A DNA stretch of 64,000 nt from an uncultured Planctomycetota bacterium (GTDB lineage: Bacteria > Planctomycetota > PLA2 > JAEUHO01), in assembly GCA_963752285.1 (NCBI GenBank), contig CAVVXN010000005.1, positions 1,280,001 to 1,344,000 of the forward strand, written 5' to 3'. Below the pieces are notes generated by a model. The model made no database searches. It was not told the origin of the DNA and saw only the letters and a program-made list of their open reading frames with translations. Both the position numbers and the translations under genes were made by a program. Below are positions 7,577 to 15,413 of the stretch, in pieces. Every line of letters starts with the position of its first letter. The stretch's first letter is position 1.

Positions 7577-10564
7577 TCAGCGCACGAACTGGATCGTGAA
7601 GTCGGTGATCGCCGGGAGCGGCTCGGTGGCCTGGGGGTACCCCGACTTCACCTGCATGCGCCAGCGGTACCGGATGTACCTCGACCCGTCGACGTCGGAG
7701 ATGTTCGAGCTCCACTGCGTCAGGCCGACGCCCGTCGCAGGGATCCCGCCCGATCCCGGGACCGGCGAGAGGGACGCCGCGCCCTGGAACTCCACCACCA
7801 CCAGGTAGTCGGTCCCCAAGGTGACGCCGTCCGCCGTCAGATTGTCGAAGTCCGAGCTCCAGAACGGCGTGTCGAACACCGCGGTGTTCGTGAACATGTC
7901 GTACCACTGGCTGACGCCGGCCGAGTTCTCGTTGATGGTCGGCTTGTACTCGAGCTGCGACTCGGGCGGGCTGATGGACGCTCCCGCGTCCACGTTCACG
8001 TTGTTCGCCGCGCCCAGGTACGCCAGGACGACCTTCCCGGTCGAGCCGTTCCCGCCTACGAGGTCCGCGTCGCCTGCGTGGCCGCCGAGCCCGCCCTCTG
8101 CGGAGATCACGGCGGTGCTCATCACGGTCACGCCCTGGGCGCCGAACACGAATACGCCGCCGCCGGCGCCGCCGCCACCCGGTCCGCCCCGTCCCGAGGG
8201 AAGGGCGCCCGGAGTGACGCCGGTGATGCGGTCCGCGTTCTCGTCGGTCCCGCCGGGCGCCCCGTCGGCGCCGAGGTCCACGACCTGGTCCGCGACCGCG
8301 AACGTGCTGCCACCGTTACCGCCGTCGGCGACGATCGAGCCGCCGATCGACACCTGGCCCGCGGCCAGGATCCAGAGGCCGCCGCCGCCGCCGCCGCCAC
8401 CGCCGCCGCCCGCGTCGCCGTTGTTGATGCTGGAGTCGGAATTGGTGTCCTCGCAGCCGCCGCCGCCGCCGCCCGGCCCGCCGGACACGTCGGTGTTCGG
8501 CGAGTACGTGCGGTCGGGCGCGAAACGAGACAGGTCACGGGAGAACGTCGCGTCCCCGATCAGGCTGCCGCCGTTCCCGACGCCGTTCCCGTTCGCGTCG
8601 GTACCCGCCGCCCCGGCCGCGGCGAAACCACCGCCGCCGCCGCCCGCCTGCCCGGGCGCCATCCCCTGGTCGCCGCCGGCGCCGCCGTTCACGCTGTCCG
8701 CGCCGAAGACCAGCTCGCGGGGCGCACCGGGGTTCCCGATGCCCTGCGAGTTCTGGACGCGAAGCGGGTCCCCGCCCGCGCCTCCGGCGCCGCCGCCCGC
8801 GCCCGGCATCCCACCCGTGCCAGCCGGGCTCGCGGCGCCCGGGACCGTGTAGCGCGTCGAGCCGTCGGTGTCGAGGCCGGGGGCGCCGTCGTGCCCGATC
8901 AGGTCGATCGTGCCGTCGAGGTGCACGTCGCCGCGACAGAGGATCAGGAGCGGGCGGCTGCCCGCCACGCCCAAGGAGTCGCCCGCGCGCAGGTTGAAGG
9001 ACGTGAACTCGTAGATCCCGTCCCCGTTCACGGAGTTCCCCGGCACGGGGTCGGTCCCGAGGCTCAGGTTCGCGCCGCCGCCGCCGCTGTCGAACGCGCC
9101 GTCCGCGCCCGTTCCGGCCCACGGCTTGTAGACCGCCTTCAGACGCCCGGTCCCCGTGTCGACGTCGGTGTTGACGGAGAGGCTCGAGAGACCGAGGAAC
9201 CGGAATCCGCCGTTCCAGTTCATCGTGGTGGACTGGCCCACGCCCGTCGCGTTGTAGAGGAGGGTGAACTCGGGCGCGGAGACGTTCGTGCCGGGGATCG
9301 GCTCGCGGAGGTCGCCGGTCCCGGGGTTCGTCTCCTCGAACACGCCGGGCTCGTTCGTCGAGCTCAGCGCGTCGCCCCACTCGTTCAGGTTCGTGTTGAA
9401 CCCCTCGTTGAACGACTGCGCGGTGCCCGGCACCTTCAGCGTGACGAAGTAGTAGCGGTAGCCGGGCGGGACCGCGCCGGACTGGTTCACGTTCGCTTCG
9501 ATCGCCTCGTACCCGCCGATCGAAGGGCTCGGCCGGTCGTCGATCCGGAGCGGGAAGCCGGGCAGGTCGGTGACGTCCGGGGTGATGTTCAGCATGTAGG
9601 TGCCCTGCGGCACGCCGCCGACCGGGATCCCGAACTCGTCCTCGTTCGCCGCCGACAGGATGATCGCCGCGTCGGTGAGCGACTGATTGACGACCGGCTT
9701 GTTCGTCCGAATCGGCTCCGGCGGGATCGGCACCCTCTCGGTGTCGCCGACGCGCCAGAGCTGGACGTTCAGGCCGAGCTTCGTCGTGGGCACCCAGGGC
9801 TCGACCGTGAGCGGGTCCAGCGGCTCGTTGAAGGCGAAGATGATCGCCGGGAGGTTGATCGCGCCGGGGGTCACGGCGGAGGGTACGCCCACGGCCTGCT
9901 GGTTGTGGGTGGGCGTGCACTGGTCGAGGATCACCTGCGGCGAACCCTGGTTCCTCAGGCAGAGGAGCTTCGCCCCGATGCCCGACCCGAATTGCACACT
10001 CCCGTCGAAGAGGGTGTTGTCGGGGTTCTGCAGGCAGCCCTCGTCGTCGCTACGCCCGCCCTGGCTCGGCGCCAGGCCGTGGTGGATCGGCCGGCGGGGC
10101 TCGACGAACGTCGGGAACGGCGTGGTGGTGAACTGGTAGCCCTGCGCGTCCGTCAGGGGCGACCCCGAGATCGACACGATGGTCGAGGGCGCGGGGAAGA
10201 CGGCGAAGTCGATGCTGTACGTGACCCCCGGCCCGTACCCGGCGTCGCTGTAGCTCGAGACCGTCGGGTTGCGCGGGATCAGGCCGACGAGGTTCCCGTC
10301 CACGACCGGCGCCTCGAAGTAGGGCCCGACGGCGCCCGTGACGCGCAGCGTGTCGGGCGTGATGCTCGACTGGGAGACGAAGGACGAGAACGTGAACACG
10401 CACGGGTCGTCGAGGGCGATGCCGGCGACGTTCGGCTTGTTGAAGCCGAGGAGCACCAGGTTCCCGCCCGAGCCCCCGCTGCCGCTCCCGCCCCCACCGC
10501 AGGAGGTGGCGCCGAGGGAGACCGCGAGGACGGCGGCGACCAGAAAGACACAAGAACGTCGCAT
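7577..10564 (-). CDS. Large secreted lipoprotein (995 aa): Ig-like (Big_5-like) domains, glycine-rich region and conserved C-terminal domain
   Basis: Signal peptide II ...VSLGATS-C-GGGG; Ig-like motifs FAFNEPLDP and DVTDLPGFPL; polyglycine stretches; RBS GAAGGAG. Confidence 0.8.
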   Translation of the reverse strand: MRRSCVFLVAAVLAVSLGATSCGGGGSGSGGSGGNLVLLGFNKPNVAGIALDDPCVFTFSSFVSQSSITPDTLRVTGAVGPYFEAPVVDGNLVGLIPRNPTVSSYSDAGYGPGVTYSIDFAVFPAPSTIVSISGSPLTDAQGYQFTTTPFPTFVEPRRPIHHGLAPSQGGRSDDEGCLQNPDNTLFDGSVQFGSGIGAKLLCLRNQGSPQVILDQCTPTHNQQAVGVPSAVTPGAINLPAIIFAFNEPLDPLTVEPWVPTTKLGLNVQLWRVGDTERVPIPPEPIRTNKPVVNQSLTDAAIILSAANEDEFGIPVGGVPQGTYMLNITPDVTDLPGFPLRIDDRPSPSIGGYEAIEANVNQSGAVPPGYRYYFVTLKVPGTAQSFNEGFNTNLNEWGDALSSTNEPGVFEETNPGTGDLREPIPGTNVSAPEFTLLYNATGVGQSTTMNWNGGFRFLGLSSLSVNTDVDTGTGRLKAVYKPWAGTGADGAFDSGGGGANLSLGTDPVPGNSVNGDGIYEFTSFNLRAGDSLGVAGSRPLLILCRGDVHLDGTIDLIGHDGAPGLDTDGSTRYTVPGAASPAGTGGMPGAGGGAGGAGGDPLRVQNSQGIGNPGAPRELVFGADSVNGGAGGDQGMAPGQAGGGGGGFAAAGAAGTDANGNGVGNGGSLIGDATFSRDLSRFAPDRTYSPNTDVSGGPGGGGGGCEDTNSDSSINNGDAGGGGGGGGGGGLWILAAGQVSIGGSIVADGGNGGSTFAVADQVVDLGADGAPGGTDENADRITGVTPGALPSGRGGPGGGGAGGGVFVFGAQGVTVMSTAVISAEGGLGGHAGDADLVGGNGSTGKVVLAYLGAANNVNVDAGASISPPESQLEYKPTINENSAGVSQWYDMFTNTAVFDTPFWSSDFDNLTADGVTLGTDYLVVVEFQGAASLSPVPGSGGIPATGVGLTQWSSNISDVDGSRYIRYRWRMQVKSGYPQATEPLPAITDFTIQFVR

Positions 10565-10651
10565 GGAGGCTCCTTCGCTACCTGACGGCCCCGTCCTCCG
10601 GGCCCGTCGTGGCGTCCCGGAGTGCGTGGAGGAGGTCGTCCTGCCGCATCG

Positions 10652-12844
10652 TCAGTCCGCGTTCACCACCGGCAGCGTCACGTCGTACAGGCGCGCCTTC
10701 GTCTGCGTGAGGAGGTTCGAGACCATCCGAATGCGCCAGCGGATGCACTTGTACCCGTCACAGTCGTTCACGTTCTGCGTCCAGCCCGTGTAGGCCTGCG
10801 AGGTGTTGATCGTGCGGCGGTCGGGCCCCACGGCCTGCGCTCCCTGGTACTCGACGACCACCTGTGCGCCGCCCGACTGCACGGAGGGCGTCAGCTGGAT
10901 CGGCCGGTAGTCGGAGCTCGCCCCGAAGGTCGTCTGGACGGAGGGCGAGGTCGCGCCCGTGTCCGTGTAGAAGAGCGTCTGCGCGTTGCTGACCCGCTTC
11001 GTGATCGTGAAGACCGTGTCCGTTACGCTCGGCTCCGGGTTCTGGATGCTGAACCCGTTCGACGCCGGGTCGGGCGAGTCGGCTTCGTACGTGCTGTACA
11101 TGCGCCGGTACGGGAACCCGGGGATCAGGAAGCCCGAGCACGGGTACGTCGCGCCGTACCAGCCGCGGATCTGCTGCCAGGTGTCCCCCTCCTTCGAGCT
11201 GACGTCGAAGATGAACACCTTGTCGCCCTGGATGATCGCGTCGCCGTCGTCCCACTCGAAGAACGAGTTGAAGGACGGCCAGTTCACGAAGCCCGTGTAG
11301 GCGAAGAGGGGGTCGTTCCAGTTGTTGGAGCAGACGAAGGGCCGGCCCGCGTAGGGGTTCGGGTACGGCGTGGGGTTCGTGACGGTGTTGCCCACGTTCG
11401 CCTTCTGGTTCACGCGGTACTCGCCCGTGTACAGGATGGTCGGGTTCCCCTCGTAGTTCCCGGAGAACTGTGGCGAGAGGCTGAGCGAGGCGTTCTTCTG
11501 GTACCCGCAGCGGATCGTGACCCCCGGGTAGATCGCCGCGAACGTCGCGTTGCTGTCGGGCCCCCACCCGGCCGAGGTGATCGCGCCGTCGGGCCCCATC
11601 TCGGTGTCGGTGAACGCCCACATCACGCGCCGCCCGTCGGAGGTCGGCGGGGTGATGCCCGAGACGTACTGGTTGAGGGCCGCGCCGATGAGCGGGGACG
11701 TGAACGCGGCGTACTGACCGAAGTCGTCCGAGGTCGCGCCGTCGCCCTGGAACGAGAACCCGAAGATCCGGGCGTCGCGGCTCGAGATCGGCTGGCCCTG
11801 CAGCACGCCGTCCTCGGTCGTCCCCCAGTCGGCCTCGTTGTTCACGAAGTCGATGTTCCCGGAGGAGGTGAAGTCCTCCTCGAGGACCACGCCCGTCTCG
11901 ATGCCTGCGCCGTCGCAGGTGTACGGGCCGAACGTGCGCGGGTTGACCAGCAGGTTCCCGGCGAGGTCCTTCAAGCCCTGGAACACCTGGGACGCGAAGA
12001 CGTACTTCTTGTCGCCGAACGAGAACGTGGGCGTGAAGAAGTACGTGACGTCCGCGGCGTCGTGCGTGAAGTACCCCGCCACCTTCTGCCCGACACCCGA
12101 ACCGTTCACCAGGCCGTTGTCGATGTTGATCTGCTCGGACGAGAGGTAGCGCACGTCGATCGTGGTCAGCGAGTCGGGTCCGTTGGCCCCGCCGAGGATG
12201 AAGGACGACGGGTCCATCGGCTCGTTGAACTCGAACGCCATCACCGCGTTGCCCGGGAACTGGCCGGTCAGCGGGTTCACTGCGAAGCGGTCCGGGATCG
12301 AGTAGACACGGACCACCTGCGGGGGCACGAGTTCGCGGAGGTACCCGTCCGAGGTCACGAACGTGGTGAAGAAGCTGCTCTGGCACGGGTCGTCGTCGAG
12401 GTTCTTGATCACGTCCAGCGACTCGTCGATGCTCGGGATGTACACGCTGTACTGCGTGGCCGGCTCGAAGCCGAACGGGTTCGGCTGGCCCTGTGCGGTC
12501 ACCGTCGGGTCGAAGAGGATGACGTTCCCGTCCACGGCGAACGAGCCCTTCGGGACCGACTGCCCACCCGAGCCGTAGCGGACCTGGAACGACTGCGTGT
12601 TCACCGAGGCGGCGTAGACCTTCTCCGCCATCACGGCCTTCAGCTCGATGTTCCGCGGCGCGTTCGTGGTCCCCGTGGGCGCGGTCGGGTTGAGTGCGCG
12701 GTCCACGAAGAGGAACTGCAGCAGGACCATGGGCTTCGCGGCGTATCCGCCGCCCCCGCCGCAGGACGTGGTGAGTGTGGCCAGCGAAAGCACGGCCGCG
12801 AACAGGATGAGAGCCCCCAGACGGGAGATCGCGTGGCGCAGCAT
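10652..12844 (-). CDS. Large secreted lipoprotein (730 aa) with Ig-like (Big_5-like) domains, paralog of the downstream gene
   Basis: ATG 12844 with RBS GAGAGGA; MLRHAISR...LTTS-C-GGGGG lipobox; FEFNEPMDP and GLKDLAGNLL. Confidence 0.8.
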   Translation of the reverse strand: MLRHAISRLGALILFAAVLSLATLTTSCGGGGGYAAKPMVLLQFLFVDRALNPTAPTGTTNAPRNIELKAVMAEKVYAASVNTQSFQVRYGSGGQSVPKGSFAVDGNVILFDPTVTAQGQPNPFGFEPATQYSVYIPSIDESLDVIKNLDDDPCQSSFFTTFVTSDGYLRELVPPQVVRVYSIPDRFAVNPLTGQFPGNAVMAFEFNEPMDPSSFILGGANGPDSLTTIDVRYLSSEQINIDNGLVNGSGVGQKVAGYFTHDAADVTYFFTPTFSFGDKKYVFASQVFQGLKDLAGNLLVNPRTFGPYTCDGAGIETGVVLEEDFTSSGNIDFVNNEADWGTTEDGVLQGQPISSRDARIFGFSFQGDGATSDDFGQYAAFTSPLIGAALNQYVSGITPPTSDGRRVMWAFTDTEMGPDGAITSAGWGPDSNATFAAIYPGVTIRCGYQKNASLSLSPQFSGNYEGNPTILYTGEYRVNQKANVGNTVTNPTPYPNPYAGRPFVCSNNWNDPLFAYTGFVNWPSFNSFFEWDDGDAIIQGDKVFIFDVSSKEGDTWQQIRGWYGATYPCSGFLIPGFPYRRMYSTYEADSPDPASNGFSIQNPEPSVTDTVFTITKRVSNAQTLFYTDTGATSPSVQTTFGASSDYRPIQLTPSVQSGGAQVVVEYQGAQAVGPDRRTINTSQAYTGWTQNVNDCDGYKCIRWRIRMVSNLLTQTKARLYDVTLPVVNAD

Positions 12845-12990
12845 GGGCTTCCTCTCGTTCCCCTGTCGGTCTCCAGGAGGCCGTGCTGGGGTCTGGGTCC
12901 AACCGGTTCCGACGTACGCGGGAGTCACATGCGGAGAGGACGCACCTCGCCCTTCCGTTCGCGGCTCGGCGCCGACCGTAAGGTGGCCGT

Positions 12991-13019
12991 ACTCTACGGA
13001 TGCCCACTCGACCGGTAAA
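12991..13019 (-). promoter_or_regulatory. Candidate sigma70-type promoter for the lipoprotein pair
   Basis: Minus strand TTTACC-N17-TAGAGT. Confidence 0.5.
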
Positions 13020-13077
13020 GGCTTTTGGGGGACCGTCCGACGGGTACGGAGGTTCTTCCGGCGCACGGCAGACGGGG

Positions 13078-13092
13078 GCAAACGGCATTCCA
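13078..13092 (-). promoter_or_regulatory. Candidate sigma54 (-24/-12) promoter for the lipoprotein pair
   Basis: Minus strand TGGAATGCCGTTTGC, i.e. GG-N10-GC with TTGC at -12. Confidence 0.55.
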
Positions 13093-13115
13093 CAGCCTGA
13101 CCGTCCGCCCGCGAC

Positions 13116-13146
13116 ACGTAACCGGATGGCAGGAGCCTTCTTACGT
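13116..13146. promoter_or_regulatory. Spaced palindrome ACGTAA-N19-TTACGT, putative protein-binding site
   Basis: Perfect 6-bp AT-rich inverted repeat in a GC-rich background, 23 bp upstream of the sigma54-like element. Confidence 0.4.
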
Positions 13147-13271
13147 TCGTCGTTGATCGCGTCGGACACCCCGGTGGCACGTGCGCAGCCCCGCCCCGAG
13201 CGAATCCGCACGCGGACCCGGACGTAGGGCTGGCGGGCGCTGCACGGGAGCGGCGGACGCGTGCCGGGAGG

Positions 13272-14030
13272 TCAGAGGACGTCCCGCCCGTCCACCACGG
13301 CCTGGGCCGCCGCGGCGCCGAGGAGGCCGAGCCCGGGGTGGCGCCGGCTGGGGAGCGTGAGCCGGGGCGCCAGGTGGCCCGCGTCGCTCCCGGTCAGGAA
13401 GATCTGGGCGCCCGCGGGGGCGCCGGCTCCCACCAGCCGCTCCACGGCGCCGACCGCGCCCTCGAGGACCCCGGCGCGGATCGCGTCCTCGGTGTTCCGG
13501 GCCGGGAAGCCCGCCTCGCCGTCCAGGCTCACGACGGGAAGGCGCGCCGTCCCCGCGGCCAGGGCCCGGACCGAGAGCGAGAGGCCGGGGAGGATCGCGC
13601 CCCCGAGGAGCCGGCCCTCCGCGTCGGCGACGTCCACGGTGAGGGCGGTGCCGCACGATACGACCACCACGGGCGACCGGGCGAGCACCGCGGCGCCGAA
13701 CACCTGCGTCCGCCGGTCGATCCCCACGCGCTCGGGACGCTCCACGAGGGCCGCAGGGAGGCCGGGGTGGTCGGGCCCGACGGTCGCGACGGACCCGAGC
13801 CGCAGCTTCTCGACCTCCCAGGCGAGGTCCTTCGCCTTCCCGGGGTCGCTGCCATAGACGACGAACGAGCCCGCGCCACCGGCGAGCAGCGCCGTGGCCT
13901 CGCCCCGCACGCCGCGGCCGCTCACGTCGGCGAGGCGCCGGGGCCCCGCGACGTCCTCGCCGCGGACGGCTCCGATCTTGGCGCCGGAGTTCCCGACGTC
14001 GATCACGACGTAGAGGTGGCCCTCCGCCAT
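13272..14030 (-). CDS. coaX: Type III pantothenate kinase
   Basis: VIDVGNS, GIDR, SCGTALTVD, GGAILPG and FLTG; ATG 14030 with GGGAGG RBS. Confidence 0.92.
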   Translation of the reverse strand: MAEGHLYVVIDVGNSGAKIGAVRGEDVAGPRRLADVSGRGVRGEATALLAGGAGSFVVYGSDPGKAKDLAWEVEKLRLGSVATVGPDHPGLPAALVERPERVGIDRRTQVFGAAVLARSPVVVVSCGTALTVDVADAEGRLLGGAILPGLSLSVRALAAGTARLPVVSLDGEAGFPARNTEDAIRAGVLEGAVGAVERLVGAGAPAGAQIFLTGSDAGHLAPRLTLPSRRHPGLGLLGAAAAQAVVDGRDVL

Positions 14031-14154
14031 GGTCCTCCCTCGGCACACCCTGCGGACCGCCTCGGCGGCCGCGAGCGTCCGGGGGTCCATGCTACTCGGC
14101 GTCCCCCTGGAGGGGAGCCGTGCGTCGCGGGCCCGAGGCGCGGCGCCGACGCGG

Positions 14155-15378
14155 CTAGCCGCCGCCCCCCGTGTTCAGGTACCGCGCGTTCCGCCGGATC
14201 TTGGGATCCCGCGGGTCCACCACGTACGTGATGCGGGTGCCGTGACGGTCGATCACGACCGTCACGCTGGCGACGTCCGGCTTGGACTTGACCATGCCCT
14301 GGACGATGTTCACCGCGTCGCTCCGCGTGGCCACCGGCTGGCCGTCGATCGAGACGAGGACGTCGCCCCGGCGGATGTCGAACTTGGAGGCGGGGCTGTC
14401 GGGCGTCATGCCCGTGATCTGCAGCCCAACGACCCGGCCCTGCGGGTCCCGGTACGTCTGCGTGGTCACCGTGTTCGCGATCGAGTCGGCGTCGTGCTGC
14501 CGGAAGTAGTCGTACGAGCTGTCGTCGTCGAAGCTGACCCGCCTCTCGGTGCGGCTCGGCTCCTCGATCTTGAGCTTCACGTCCTCGAACTTCACCGGCG
14601 CGGACGGGTCGGCCGACGAGGGGGCCGGCTCGCCCACCGTGGACGCGACCGCCCCGCCGCCGTTCCCGGCCCCGGGGGTCGGCGCCGCGGCGGCCACCCG
14701 GACCTTGCCCTGGAGCTCGTCGGGGAGCGCGAGCGCCGGCTTGTGGTCGTAGGCGTATACGGCCTGCTTCTCGGGCGGCTTGTCCGGGTCGGGGTAGACG
14801 TCGTAGACGATCTCGTAGACGTCGTCTCCACGCGCCCGGATGTCCACGAGCTTGAGCGACCCCGGCTCGGTCTTCTTGGCCCGGATCCAGTCGCCCGGAT
14901 GGAACTCGGCGATCGTCTCCTGGCCGCCGCCGGTGAACTTCCACTGCAGCACCGAGAGGCGGGCCACCTCGCCCTCCTTCTCGGGCGGGATGTACGCGAT
15001 GCTGTTCACGGCGCCCAGCTTCTCGAGCGCGCTCACGACCGGCGCTTTCGTGGCCTCCGGCTTCGGCGCCTCGGGCGGCGCCGGGGGGAGGCCCCCGGAG
15101 TAGAGCCACCACCACCGCTCGTTCCCCCGGCGGAACTGCGGCTGGTCGATCTCGTCGAGCTCCTTCTGGGAGACCGGCGGCTTCAGGGCGTTCTGGTTGG
15201 CCGCGGGCTTCTGGGTGAACTGTTCGATCGCCTTCTGGGGGAAGGCCGGGGCCAGGAAGGAGGGGTCGCCGATCGCCTTCCGCACGTCCAGGAAGTACCA
15301 GGCGCCCACACCGAGCAGTCCGACGCCGAGCAGGAAGTCCAGAAACCAGAGCAGGCGTCGCTGGCCGTGCGCCCTCAT
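14155..15378 (-). CDS. Membrane-anchored PDZ-domain protein, GspC-like
   Basis: N-terminal TM helix, Pro/Ala linker and C-terminal PDZ (VVGLQITGMTPDSPASKFDIRRGDVLVSIDGQPV); follows pilT. Confidence 0.65.
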   Translation of the reverse strand: MRAHGQRRLLWFLDFLLGVGLLGVGAWYFLDVRKAIGDPSFLAPAFPQKAIEQFTQKPAANQNALKPPVSQKELDEIDQPQFRRGNERWWWLYSGGLPPAPPEAPKPEATKAPVVSALEKLGAVNSIAYIPPEKEGEVARLSVLQWKFTGGGQETIAEFHPGDWIRAKKTEPGSLKLVDIRARGDDVYEIVYDVYPDPDKPPEKQAVYAYDHKPALALPDELQGKVRVAAAAPTPGAGNGGGAVASTVGEPAPSSADPSAPVKFEDVKLKIEEPSRTERRVSFDDDSSYDYFRQHDADSIANTVTTQTYRDPQGRVVGLQITGMTPDSPASKFDIRRGDVLVSIDGQPVATRSDAVNIVQGMVKSKPDVASVTVVIDRHGTRITYVVDPRDPKIRRNARYLNTGGGG

Positions 15379-15413
15379 GGGAGCTCCTCGCGGTGCGGAT
15401 CGCTCCCCTTAGA

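Noticed and set aside
7432..10651. RiPP precursor peptide for the SPASM enzymes
   Set aside because: The flanking intergenic gaps (7432-7576, 10565-10651) contain no convincing small ORF with an RBS, and there is no RRE, peptidase or transporter.
7577..12844. Visibly lower GC in the lipoprotein genes as a sign of horizontal transfer
   Set aside because: Third positions remain strongly G/C. The shift is explained by Asn/Thr/Phe/Tyr-rich composition, and no mobility genes or boundary repeats are present.
13070..13100. c-di-GMP-I riboswitch suggested by GGCAAAC
   Set aside because: It is on the wrong strand for the downstream gene and lacks the following GNRA hairpin and GCAAAG element; the sequence is better explained as the sigma54-like site.
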